Assembly (NCBI GenBank): GCA_964016885.1
Contig: OZ024744.1
Coordinates: 37,820,001-37,884,000, forward strand
From: Eledone cirrhosa
Lineage: Eukaryota
DNA: 64,000 bases
Reading direction: 5' to 3'
Made by a program: the position numbers and the translations under genes
The notes under the pieces: generated by a model
What the model was told of the DNA's origin: nothing
Seen by the model: only the letters and a program-made list of their open reading frames with translations
The model's database searches: none
Part shown: in pieces, positions 26,101 through 39,500 of the stretch
How the letters are laid out: every line of letters begins with the position of its first letter
Position numbering within the stretch: position 1 is the stretch's first letter

Positions 26101-27891
26101 ACTGCTTACATCCAAGACCACCAACTTACCGTCCGGGTCCCGGAAGATCGACCTTACCTCGAGATCCAGTCCTTCCCTAAACAGCACTGCCACCCACCTC
26201 CCATTCCCGGCCTGCTAACAGATGCGAAGATCTGATAGTTGTCGAAGATGGGGGCTAGTGCACGCAAGTCGGAAATTCTGGTCTCGCTGACGGCAATCAC
26301 ATCCATTTCCAGCGACCTGAGGTGGTTGAGCAGGCGACCCTGCTTCCAGGGTGACCCGAGGCCGCGAAATTTAAACTACCTACTCTTAATATGGCCATGT
26401 TGGCAAGCTAAAAGATGGAGAGAAGGTTTACTTACCTCCCGGGGTCTTGTCAAGGTCGGGTGGTTCGACCTCCATGGTTGGTGGGGTTTCTTTTGGGAAC
26501 CCCATTAAAAATCTCGATGTGGGTTTCACATTCGGGATTCCCACGTCTACAGGAAAGCTCTCTCGAATTTCTTTGAAGGAATCGAGTGATATTCGGACCA
26601 TAAGCAAATCTTCTGGCACGCAAAATGTGCTCATTTCAAAAATCTTCCTCTCTGTTTGAATGTCCTCGCTTCGTGCTAAGAGGGCCATCAGTTTATCCTT
26701 GGCCCTTCTGACTAGCACAAAGTTTTTAACATTTTGTTGGTGTGGTTTTATTTGTTTTCGTTTTCATGTCCTCCGGTTTCATTTGGAGAAGAATCTCCAA
26801 ATCCATTCCGGACCAGTCTTCTCTCTCTGTCCTTTTTATATCCAGGAGGGTAGTGTCTGTCCCCTGCTCTATTACGCATCCCAGCAGCCACCATATGTTC
26901 ATTCCTGGTGGGATGCTGGGAATGCGGACCTTTACTGTCCTTTTACCCATGTAGGACGGGTGCATGATAATGCGTTCTGTTCTGCAGGGGCTTGAGTGCT
27001 TAATCGCAAGGGCCCCGGTTTTGAAAAGCACTGAGATGGTACCGAACTCTTTAGCTCTTGCTTTATACTCTATGTCACTTCCGATGCACTCCAAAGCATC
27101 CTCGACCTCTGCTTGGCTGGCAAGTTCCACTTTTCGTATCTGCACCTAAATGCATCGAAAGTACACCGCCCTCCTTCGCATGGCCGCTATTGTCCCGTTC
27201 GGGATGGCCAGGTTTGCCCAGGACTTCTCCCGTTTAGTTAGCGTCCACGGCTGGGCCAACTGTTCGTCTTTATCGCTAATATCAATACCCAATAAGCGCT
27301 TTGTTTTTGCTGCTGCTGCAACAAACGTGGTGCCTCTGTTGCTCTTGTTGTTGGTGTTGTCGTTCTTGCTGTTGTTATTGGTGTTGTTCTTGTTGTTTTA
27401 TTTGTTGTTGCTGTTGCCTCCGCCATCCGTGTTTACATTGAAGCTGTCGGTGTTGCTCTAAGTTGTTGTTGTTGTGGTGGTGGTGATATCGTTTTCAGAT
27501 GATATTGCTGCTAACACAGACAGGAGCGGTTCTGATGGTAGCTTTTGAGTTTTGCCTTCACATTCAGTGAAGTGGACGACAGGCATGTCCGTAGCAGTCA
27601 TAGTTGTGGTGAATCTAGAGTGGCTGCTTTTAAACTTTTGACCTGAATGTTGTCGAAAATTTCCATTTTTTTGTTTTTTTGTGGGGAAGCGTTTTTTTCG
27701 AAGTTTTTAAAAATAAATCTGAATATTCGGGCTTAAAGCCCGAATGTTGTGAGGTATTCCCCCTTTGAAACCAAGATGTGTACCTTATGTTTCGTTAACG
27801 AAAAGAAAATACAAAATATGATACTTTAAAACAGCTTAAAGTTACGAAACTTTTCCCTCGCAGACTTGTGTGTCTTCTAGCATGTGCATCC
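23123..27891 (-). mobile_element. Tx1/L1-clade LINE, copy 2 (diverged subfamily, full-length, pseudogenised)
   Basis: ORF1 remnants 26428-27145 and ORF2 remnants 23400-26395 are homologous to copy 1. 3' end ctcttgtggttaataaatgaaatc(ATT)n. 5' GG follows (ATT)n. Confidence 0.92.
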
Positions 27892-28240
27892 AATAATAAT
27901 AATAATAATAATAATAATAATTGTTTCTACTTTTGGCACAAGGCCAGCAAATACTCAGTGTATTACTGGTACTTTATTACACTGGGTAATTGCTGGCCTT
28001 GTGCCAAATGTAGAAACAATTATTATTATTATTATTATTATTATTAATAATTGTTTCTACTTTTGGCACAAGGACAGTAATTACCCAGTGCATTACAGGT
28101 ACTTTATTTTATTGATCCCGTAAGGATGAAAGGCAAGGTTAACCCCGGCGGGATTTGAAATCAGAATGGCAAGGGCCGTAACTCTATGCGTCAAAGCATG
28201 GTGTCCGACCCTCTACCGATACTGCCAATCCACCGCCCTG
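27892..28240 (-). mobile_element. SINE cluster: an inverted pair of SINE 3' tails (27892-28046) plus a full-length SINE (28047-28240)
   Basis: ttgtttctacttttggcacaaggccagc and its reverse complement. B-box and A-box on the minus strand. Confidence 0.85.
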
Positions 28241-28361
28241 ACATTAATAGAAATAATAATTTTTTTAAATGTATATATATATATATATACATACACACAC
28301 ACATACATACACACACACACATATCTATATATACATATACACATACATATACATAACAACT

Positions 28362-29385
28362 AACAGTGCTGCGATCGAATGTGGCTTTTTAGCCCAGCCA
28401 AAAATCTAAAATGTCGTGCACAGAGTTGGCAACCAAAACACTGGCTGTGGTTGGAGTTCATGTACTCTTGCTTGTCGTTTGAGCTCTCCCACTGATCTCC
28501 ACTCGACATGCTTGTCCAGCATGATGAGTAGCATCTCCAACAGCAGCCTGGTAGTCAACCACTGGTCTTACTTTATGACTGCAAAGATGACTTTCGAGTC
28601 CAGCTTTGCTGAGGCAGATTCTCGCACAGACGCTGCATATCAGCGCCATAGGAGGACCTTCGCCGTCTGGAAATGCAACAGTAATGCCCTTCCTGACATC
28701 CCACTTTACTTTCTCGTATGCGATTCGAGATGCCTCAAAGGTAACTTTCCCCTCATGTACAATCTTTCTCCATTTATTACAATCACCAGCAATATTTTCC
28801 CATGTATCAGCAGAGATGTTAGCGTCTTTCAGAGAGGCTTTCAAGGAATCATTATACCTCTTTTTTGGTTTATGTGGCGGTCGTTTTCCTTTAAACAACT
28901 CTCCATAAAAGAGTTGTTTCGGTATTCTAGAATCCCCCATCCTGGCAAGGTGACCACTCCAACGGAGTCTTTGCTTAAGCACAAGAGCTTATATACTGTT
29001 ACACAGAGAGCTTTCCAAAATCTCGACATCACTGATGTGGTCCCTCCAGTGAATGCCATGGATCCGTCTGAGATACATCTAATGGAAACGCTCCAATTGT
29101 TTAAGGTGGTGGCGATATGCAATCCAGGTCTCGCATGCATAAAGAAGAGAAGGGAGCACACATGCCTTGTACACCTTACCTTTGTCTTCTTGTATAGGTC
29201 TCGCCGACCCCAGGGGCGCCTTTCTAGCTTTCTGTAAGCATCACTTGCTTTCCTAAACCTGAGTGGAATTTCATTATCAAGAATGTTGTATCTATTGACA
29301 GTGCTTCCCAGGTAGACAAACTGATCAACCATTCCAAGTTGTTTACCATACATATAGATATTTGGCGCAAAAGTGAAACTAATCA
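28362..29385 (-). mobile_element. RTE-clade LINE 3' fragment
   Basis: VDQFVYLGS, QRLRWSGHLARMGDSRIPKQLFYGEL..KRYNDSLK and C2H2 finger CSVCARICLSKAGLESHLCSH. Confidence 0.9.
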
Positions 29386-29479
29386 CTAAACGTACATACA
29401 TACATCTCTATGCAATACAGTATCTCTTACCAAATATCTGCTACACAAAAGAGGGGGACCATCAGTCGATAATAAATAT

Positions 29480-30140
29480 AGGCAATAAATGTAAAACAAA
29501 CATTGAAGATGTTAGCCACATAGTTGCCAACTGCGAAAGAATGTTGTCTCGTTACTACCTACCTATGAGACATGATGTGATAGATAGAACCATCTGGATC
29601 GCACTGCGGAAACCAAAATTAAAACAAATGAGGGGAATTTATTGAGATAGATAGCACTAAAAATAATGGTGGAACCTGAAAATAAAAACTGCCACCAAAT
29701 TAAATCACAACTAGCCTGATATTGTTGTTTGGGACCACACATTGAAAACGTATTCTGTTGTAGAGATCAGCTGCCCGCTTGATGTCAACGTTGTAAGAAA
29801 AATACAGGAGAAGGAGGACATCTACGGACCATTGATGAGGAGTTTACAAATCCAGTATCCAAGATACACCTTTAGCTTCATACCCATTATTATTGGAGCT
29901 ACAGGTTATATACCAGCCCGCTTAGACCAAAGTATGACTGAACTTGGATTTGTGGACAAAGAGCACAACTCCTTAATTCATAGTCCACAAATTGCTGCGA
30001 TAGTTGGCACCTTCAAAATTTGCAAAACATTCTTGCGATACAAGGGATGACAATTTATTTTCTTTCACAACCTTGCCACCAGGAAGGTGGCCGGCCAAAA
30101 ATGTACTCGAAATTAAGATAAAGAGAAACATACATAAATA
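29480..30140 (+). mobile_element. R4/Dong/NeSL-type retrotransposon 3' fragment (third family)
   Basis: EDVSHIVANC..MRHDVI, PDIVVWD, VVEISCPLD and PIIIGATG motifs. Confidence 0.8.
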
Positions 30141-30515
30141 CATACATAGATACTTAAATACATACATGCATACATTCTGGGAATCAATTCATCGTTATAC
30201 AATCACTATCACCTTCATAGGTCATCGATCATTGCTCTACCGAGAAATACACCACCGCTTAATTTAATTAAATTATAAAATGAGCTGAGAGATATCTGTA
30301 GATACACACTCTTTTTGAGATTTTTCTTTCTTTCTTTTTCTATTTTTGTCAGGTCATCAGTACTTATATTATATAATGCTTCTTAGTATAGAAGAGAAGG
30401 AAAACCACTTGCGGAGTAACGCAATCTGCGAGAAACATTAGACAAATTCACTTAAATACTACCTAAAATTTAAGAAACTGGCCAGTAAACACACACACAC
30501 AGACACACACACACA

Positions 30516-30615
<100 letters not shown>

Positions 30616-31938
30616 CTAGCAGTGGTACACGGCGTTGCACGGGATAAGGTATTGTGGAACGCGGGCCGCCAACAGACCTAATCGTGGAAAAACTGCATGC
30701 CTGGACAATATGTAAAGAAAATAAACCAAATACTCTGATGGCTGGATAATCTTTAAGATTTTCCTCGGTGAAGCAGGAAAAATGCAGGTTTTCACCTAAT
30801 GCGGGCCCTAAGCCATAAGAAAGTTGGATTTTCTTTGCTTACGGTATGAAGAAGAGACTGACTAATACATAATTACAATTTCAAGGAAATCGGTCTGACG
30901 TAACGCCTCAAAAACCCCTAAAATTCTTTAAAAACGCAGTTTTCACCTAATGCGGGCCCTAGGAGATAAAAAAGAGTTGAATTTGTTTATGTGCATAACA
31001 CTGCCTGAAACATAAGTAATACCCATGTAAAGTTTGAAAAAAGTTGGTTGGGTATTTCTCGAGTTTTAGGGATTCAAACTCACACACACACACACACACA
31101 CAGACATCCTCAGGGAAGTGAGGTAATGCAGACAGCCAGACATACAGACAGATATTATAAGGGCACGACGTTATATGTATGTATCTATCTAAAAAGAGAA
31201 AGACTAAGTATTATAGAGCGAGATCGCTAAATCGCCTAATACGGTCTCTAGGGCATTGAAAATTTGAATTTGTTTTTGGTCAGAACACTCAGTGAAACAT
31301 AAGTATTACATGTGTAAAGTTTGAAAACAGTCGGTTTGGTGCTTCTCTACAATACTAAGCGGTAAAATAGTAACTTTTGTTCTCGTAAAGGCACGTAAGT
31401 AAACAAACTGAAGCTATTACAGCGATGTCTTTCTTTACCGGCTTTAATGTTTAGTGTTGTGTGAAATATATAACGTGCAAACCTGATTTTTGAATCGCAG
31501 CAGGGTCGGCTTTATTTCACTCGCTCCACTAAAAGTTTGATTTTCTTTGCTCACGGTATGAAGAAGAGACTGACTAATACATAGTTACCGGCTTTCATTT
31601 TTAGTGTTGTGTGAAATATATAACCGCCTTAGCTAAGCTTAGTATTGTTAACGTAATGCAGACATCAGACATACAGACAGATAATATAAGGGCGCGACGT
31701 TATATGTATGTATCTATCTAAAAAGAGAAAGACTACGAATTATAGAGCGAGATCGCTAAATCGCATAATGCGGTCCCTAGGGCATTGGAAATTTGAAATT
31801 TTATATACTCTGAACACTCCCTGAAACATAAGTATTACTTGTGTAAAGTTTGAAAACAGTCGGTTGGGTGGTTCTCGAGGTTTAGGGATTCAAACTCACA
31901 CACACACAGACAGACATCCTCAGTTTTATATATATAAA
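30616..31938 (-). mobile_element. Non-autonomous Helitron with internal duplications
   Basis: 3' CTAG|T with hairpin CCCGTGCAACGCCGTG. 5' end TATATATATAAAACTGAGGATGTCTG. Internal repeats 31123-31340 and 31653-31870. Confidence 0.7.
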
Positions 31939-32016
31939 TATATAAATAATAAATGTGAAGACTAAAATCCGAAGAACAGCGATTCATTGGTTAAACTTTA
32001 ATCTGTTCTTATAATA

Positions 32017-32062
<46 letters not shown>

Positions 32063-32095
32063 ATATGAATCAAAGTTCTGTTCAAATCATTTATA

Positions 32096-32142
32096 TGCTT
32101 ACAATTGTTTCCTCCAAACCGAGGTTTGGATTTTTCGGAGCA
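32096..32142 (-). ncRNA. Hammerhead-like motif with variant core CCGAAAA
   Basis: Mirror image of 32703-32749. Confidence 0.55.
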
Positions 32143-32702
32143 ATTTATTAATGATTGATTACATACATGACCTCCTTTTCAACCCAAGAGACATACAGAA
32201 AATATGCATATATTGTTGCTTGGTGGGTTGACATCCATTATAACATTTAGCGTGGCAATATACATTTAAAGATTACAGTCATATCAAAAGAGGATAAAAT
32301 TAAAATTAAAGTTAAAATACAACATGAAATTAATGCGATAGGATAGTCAGAAGCAGTTAGTGTGTGCAATAGTTACACGTGTGGCAAGCACGTGTGTCTT
32401 ATTTATATAATATTATAGTGCGGCAGGCATAATATAATATAAATAAGACACACGTGCTTGCCACACGTGTAACTATTGCACACACTAACTGCTTCTGACT
32501 ATCCTATCGCATTAATTTCATGTTGTATTTTAACTTTAATTTTAATTTTATCCTCTTTTGATATGACTGTAATCTTTAAATGTATATTGCCACGCTAAAT
32601 GTTATAATGGATGTCAACCCACCAAGCAACAATATATGCATATTTTCTGTATGTCTCTTGGGTTGAAAAGGAGGTCATGTATGTAATCAATCATTAATAA
32701 AT

Positions 32703-32749
32703 TGCTCCGAAAAATCCAAACCTCGGTTTGGAGGAAACAATTGTAAGCA
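32703..32749 (+). ncRNA. Hammerhead-like motif with variant core CCGAAAA
   Basis: TGCT CCGAAAA A TCCAAAC ctcg GTTTGGA G GAAA CAATTG TA AGCA. Stems I, II and palindromic III are intact, but G8 is replaced by A. Confidence 0.55.
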
Positions 32750-33501
32750 TATAAATGATTTGAACAGAACTTTGATTCATATAACTTATATATAACTGCT
32801 CTGTAAAACAACTCATGTTATTACATTGAGCTATTTATCTTACTGGTATTAAGGTAGTAATATATTACTGCCTACCACTATTTAGAATTTGAAAAAATAT
32901 ATATAACTACAAAAGGTTTTTGTATATGCATAACCATAAATAGTATCCTTAATACTATATATATATATATATATTAATCAATGAAAAAAGAGTTAGTTGA
33001 TTTGTGATCAACACATCTAACAGATGCCAAGCACTCAACGGTATAAATTTATCCGGAGTATTATAATAATAATAATAGTGTGTGAATGGTACTTTCTGTT
33101 ATCGACTCCGAAAGATATATATTGGAGATGTATAATTTTTTTCATGATATGCTGATAAAAAAATAAAGAAGAACCATATCAATTATTAAGTACTTTTCTA
33201 CTCAATAATTTCAGTATCTAATTATACATAAACAAAGATAACTAACCTATCAATTCTTTCCCCGTTTATTATTATATTTTCATAATACTACTTCTGTTTC
33301 CTAGAATATTTTTCCCTTTGATATAATATATACTTTGATTATATATTATATCTTAATTGATTATAAGCAGCAAAGAGACTAAATAATGGGCAATTTTTGT
33401 TTGTTTGTTTTTTGTCCAGTCTAATTACGCTATATTTTAAATAATTTATGAAACGGTTAATTGCTGGCCTTGTGCCAAAAGTAGAAACAATTATTATTAT
33501 T

Positions 33502-36500
33502 GGTCTGCTCGGACGTCTTTTTGCTCGCTCCCAGTAAGTCGCTTTATTGTGTAAGGGATATAAGCCCTTGGAATTTGCCTTGTGAAGGGGAAAGTATAAT
33601 ATTTGGGCCTTTTTGCCCAAATATTTGAACAATATTTGAACATTTTACTTTTAAAAATAAAATAAAAACATGGCTGAGCCACGCCCTCCAGCAATATGTC
33701 TGCTGTCATGTGACAACAGCGTAAAAGTTGAGAGGAGGTTTACAGAAATTAATACAACAAACACCACCACAAACAACGTGAACAAAGACAACACTGACAA
33801 CACTAATTTTTTTTAAATTACCACACCAACTACAACAATAACAGACAACGGAAAAAATGAGAATAAATGGAACAACGATATTAACATCACTAACAAGAAA
33901 ATAAACGACGACAACACCAACAGCAACAATACAAATTACACCGAAAACAACGACAACGGTGGCACCAAAAACACAACCAACTGCAACAGTGATAACAGCA
34001 ACAAGAACAACAACATTTGTAGGAGTAGCAACAGCAACAATGCCAACAACAAGACCAGTAGCAGCAGTAGTGGCAACAATAATGGTGCCGCTAAAAAATG
34101 GGCCACTTCTTTCGCAGGTGAGGCCCGAAATATAGAGACAGTGCTAGTCACGGAGGAGGAGATGGCAGTCGCAAGAGCCATGGTATCAAGAAATGACAAT
34201 AGAGTTTCCCTGAAACCTCCACTCGATTTCTTCAAAGACCAGCAGCTGCGCATGGTGACTTACCGCACCGTAAGCAGGATATCACATCGGGTGGAGAGAG
34301 CCACGGAGGCTCAAATCCAAAAGGCCTTCGGGTGCGTCTGGGCGCTTAAACCCACATCACCCGAGGCAAAAGTACGCCAGAGTAGAGGTACTTTTCGTCA
34401 CCTCCCAAGAGGCGAAGTCTCACTCTTTGGAAACCCTAAAGAGTGAGGAGAGAGTCTTGGTGCCCTCCTACTGCGGGCAGAAAATTGTGAGAGTCACAGT
34501 GACCCAGGTCCCGCCCGACGTGCCCATACCTTGGCTGGCCGCGTCTGTAATTGCTGGAATCGAGAAGAAGACCACCATACTGCAAATATAGAGAATGGGA
34601 AGAGAGAACTGGTCAGGAATAGGCATGCAAATGCTAATGTATACTGACCAGGAGTGCATCGAGGCCATCCCAGACATCATAGACCTCGAGGAAGGACTCC
34701 AACTCCCTATAAGCGTGGAAGCAAGGCGCCCAAATTGCCATCCCTGTGGGCAGAAGGGTCATCTCAGGGCCTCTGCCTGCAGAAAACAGCCAAGAAGAGG
34801 GCCTCCTCCTTCCGACGCCTAATCCGCTGCTACCAAGAGCAGGGTAGGCAACAGAGGTAGAAGACCATTCCATGGTGAGTAGGAGGGCAACGTCCGTGGC
34901 ACCCATTCCAAGGCCACGGACAACTAAAGCAGCGGCAGCTGTGGCGGCAACACCAACAGTCACAGTAGCTACACCGGCGACAAAATCGCCGGAGCGAGCT
35001 CCACTACCACCACCAACAGCAGTGGAGCTCATACCCCTCCCAGTCGCCACGCAATCCCTCCCAGTCGCCATGAAGGGAAGTGGCAAACGGCCTGCCACAA
35101 AAAAAAAAATCCTTAGCTTCACCCTCCAAAAGCGAAGGCAAACAAAGAGGTGTAAAGCCTGCAAGGAGACTTGCAGTAACACCACCGCCATCACCATCAC
35201 GACCACAAGCATCACCACCAACAACAACCACACCCGCGGTTCAGATATCAACAACTGGCTGTAGACAATTCCAAATCCATTCTAAATGATGGAATCCCGA
35301 TGCAAGCCGCGAGATACCAACAGGGAGCAGGAATAAGTGCACCAGATCTTACAATAGTAGATCTAGACTCAGTCAACCAATTCTCATGGTATACTATGAA
35401 TGATCTCGGCTCAGATCATCTTCCAATCGTTATCCACTGGGGGGTCGATCTTCAGGTAGAACGACCACGACAGAAACCACGGAGAAACTATCAAAAAGCA
35501 GACTGGCCAAAATTCCGGGAATTTGTTAAAGAGGAAATTAACAAAGTCTCCGATGAAGCCCCCCCCCCCCCTCAAGTAAATTGGCAGCACTTCTCACACT
35601 CCTTAAAAAGGCAGAAGCCGTGGCAGTTCCCCTGAAGGCCATCCGTAAGAATGAATGCCCATGGATGACAACGGAGCTAAAAAGTCTGATAAAAAAACGC
35701 GACAATCTCAGGTGAGATCTTAAGAACAATTGCAAAGAGTGGTTGGAGACCACACGCGAGGTGGTTAGAAAAACAGATGAGTGCATGAGGGATGCCTGGA
35801 GGAAACATCTACAGACGATATCCGAGACGAAAGATAGTAAAAGGGTCTGGTCAGTAGTTCGATCGTTGTCAGGAAAATACTGCGTAAACAACAGCAAGTC
35901 CATACTATACAAAGGAGCGACCCATGCTAGCGACCGATCGAAGGCTGCAGCTTTCATTCAAGAGTATGCCGCAGTTAGCAGAAGAAAGCCAGATAAAAAG
36001 ACTAGGAAAGATGTACGGGAGCTACGATTCAACATCCAGGGTGCTCGAAACTCACCAAGACAAGATTGAAGCAGAAAGCATTGAACCAAGTAAAAGCCGG
36101 GAAAGCGGCTGGTCCCGACCAGATAGTACCAGATCTCCTCAAACACCTACCACCAATGGCCTTAAAAACATTGTTAGACCTACTAAATTTCAACTGGTTG
36201 GAAAATTGGTGCCCACAAGATTGGCGAATGGCGACTTTCGTTCCCTTTCATAAAAAAAGGGAAAGATCCGGCGGACTTTGGAAGTTATCGGCCAATTCCG
36301 CTAACCTCAACGATAGGGAAGCTCTTAGAGCGTTTGATTGCGAACCGGTTAACGTGGTGGCTAGAGGAACACTCCATTCTTAGTCCCTGGTAAGCTGGTT
36401 TCAGAAAGGGCTGCAGCACCACCGATCAGTGCCTTCGATTGTGCCAGTTCATTTCAGATGGGTTCCAGTCGTTGGATCGAAACCGCATCGTTGCTACATT

Positions 36501-39500
36501 CTTCGACTTTAGCCGTGCGTATGATCGTGTGTGGTGAACAAGACTGCTGCAAGATATGATAAGTGTTGCTATTCCCCTGCGTTTCGTCGAGTGGTTATCT
36601 GCCTCGTTTACAAACAGTATAGCAAGAGTCCGAATTAATTGGACCACTGGTCGCAGTCACGTGTTTAAAGAAGGGCTACCGCAAGGTTCCGTGCTTTCAC
36701 CAATGCTTTTCACAATCTTCATAAATGGTCTACTCGATCAATTCGACAACACAACACATGTCAGCGCACACGCCGATGATCTTGCTTTTGCGTGCTGCGG
36801 TAAGAGGAAATAGCGCAACGGTTACAAAAGGAAGTGGATAAAGTGATAGCATGGAGTAAAGAAGCTAAACTCCCACTTAACACATCTAAATGCCAGTCAA
36901 CCTTCTTTGGGACATCCAGTGCAGAAGCGAGGTGGCAACCAAATATTACTATTGACGGGGGTAAGACTATCCTTGAACCCTGATCCTGTCTTTTGGGGCG
37001 TCACATATGATAGGACACTCTCCTTTGAGGAACATGTAAAAAAGATCTGCCAAAAACTTCAACAGCGCGTCAACATCCTGCGCACGCATGGGGGTACCTC
37101 CTGGGACAGACATACCGTAGAGCTTCGTCAAGTATACATCGCAGTGCACCACAGCCTGGCCGAGTGCGGCTCTCCTGGCTGGGCTCCCTGGTGGTCAGCC
37201 ACTAACATCGGCAAGCTTGAAAGAGCACAACTAGAAGCAGCTCGAGCGATCACTGGACATATACGCACAACATCAACTGAGGCTGTCCTACTTGAAGCAC
37301 ACCTTCCACCGTTGGAATGCCGCTTTCATGCTCTCTACCACTTGAAAGCGGATGAATGGGCACACCTGCCCACCTCCGATCATCCAAATCAATTACTCAA
37401 TGCTAACGTAAGGCGCCGACTCCGCCGTCTTGATTGGCGATGTAGACAGCTGCCAGCCCTTGATCGTCTTGGCATACCCTCGACAACAGACACCCAACTA
37501 TCACATAAGAAGCCACCATGGGAATTACCACCACCAATGCCTGCTACCTTTACTCCGGTGAACAAATCTATGCCACTAGCACTACAACTTAAAGCGGCAC
37601 TGGATCATCTATCGACACTCCACCCGGTCGACATTTGCGTGTGTACAGATGGATCAACATGCCACGGTACAACCAATGGCGGTGCCGGTCTCGTAATCAT
37701 CCAAAATGAAGAGGTAGTTCACGAGTGGCACGCTCCGACGGGCACTCGTAGCAGTTCCTTTCATTCCGAAAGAATTGCATTCAAACAAGCCCTCCTATGG
37801 TTACAGGCAAACACCAGCTGGGAGTCCTCCAATGTCGTCTGTCACTGCAAGTCGCTGGTTCAAGCAGCCAACAACCCCTTTCCCCATGACCATTTCATTA
37901 CCGAGCTGCAAGGGATCGCTAACAAAATCACAAAGGGGAGAACCTTAGCAGCTGTCTGGGTCCCGGGGCACTGCAACATCAAAGGGAATGAACTGACGGA
38001 CGCCCATCGAAACAAGGCTCAGCATCTACTCAACTGGAAAGTTCAATCGATGCCGCCTCCTGACGCGCCGTCATTCGCCGGGAATTTCGCCCACCACCGA
38101 TCCAGCATCAACATCTACAATCAGTTTTTAGCCGCCACCCAAATGAAGAGAGTGAGCAAACTCTCCCCAAAGCAGATAGGAACCATCTCGTCTGCTTCCG
38201 TGGTGGACATCATACGTCATTAAGGAGATGGCTCCATATGATTGGCCGAGCGGAAATCAACACATGCCGTCTGTGGAAGAAGAATCCTCCGAACATCTTT
38301 TGATGAGATGTCCGGCCACGATGGTGAATTTTTATCACCTCCAACTCGGCTCCAGCATGGATGAACTCGTGCGTCTCCCACACGCCAGTTTAGCGCGACT
38401 GAAGGTAATCCTTAAGCGCCTGCGGTGAGAAAAAAACAACAAAAAAAAAACAACACAACCACCAGCATCACCAAAAACACAAACATCGCAAACAAAACAA
38501 AGCACACACACCCAACAGCAACAAAACACCCCTCCCACCAAAAAGTACACCGCCACCAACATGGCAAATAAAGAACTCTTACAACATATAAAGCAGCACA
38601 CAGACATCACAGACAAAAATTACTACACCCCACCAACACTAAGAACTCTCCTGAAAAATATAAAGATTATTGAAATCAAAATAGAACATTATAAACTTTT
38701 AAAAGAAAAATTCCCCAACGCAGTTGGAGACTTCAGAGTGTCGGTTACCAAGAGGATATACACCGACATCATCTTGGAAACACTCATGACCAGCCAAAGG
38801 GACGGTTCGACGGTCCCCTTCCCACACGATCAGGGTAGGTGATCCTTTCTCACTTACTCCATTCCTCACCCAACATGGCCTTACTTAGAATAGGCAGTAT
38901 AAACGTACGTGGCCCGGGGTCATCTTGGAAGCAGGGCCACCTGCTTAACGATCTCAGGTCACTAAACATAGATGTGGTGGCCATCAGCGAGACCGGGTTA
39001 GCGAATTAGTTAAGCGTTCGTTGACGGTGCGATCGTCAACAACAGGTGGTGGTTTATCCTGAAAAGGGCTATTAGAGTAGAATCGATAAGGTTTAGCAAA
39101 GAAGTAGTGATAGAGGAAAATAGAGTAGAGGGAGAGTTAGGTAGAAAGCTAGAAGAGGCGTTTAGGACTGGCATCGCAACCGACGTGCTTGCGGCGAGAT
39201 TAGCACTCAACCAATTTTTCAAAGCAAAGCATGAAGGCTGCGTTCTCAGAGCTAGAGCGCGTGCTCTGAGACACGAGGGGGCGAAGGCCGTTCAATGGGC
39301 CTGCTGGTGGAGGCGCAACGCGGCAACAAGTCCACAATTAGGTCTTTGCCTGATCAAAACGGGCGTATGTTGCTCGAACCCGAGCAGATGTGTGCATCTT
39401 TTCAACAGCACTTTGCGCAATTGTTCGGGTGCGGCGGCGGGCCGGTTCGGAGTGTGGACTTCGGTGCATAGCTCGACGGACTGCCGCAGCTCTCGACGAC

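Larger units (their letters stand above)
32060..32785. mobile_element. Near-perfect fold-back palindrome (357-bp arms, 12-nt loop) with a hammerhead-like motif in each arm
   Basis: Arms 32060-32416 and 32429-32785 are reverse complements. Loop is agtgcggcaggc. Confidence 0.9.
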
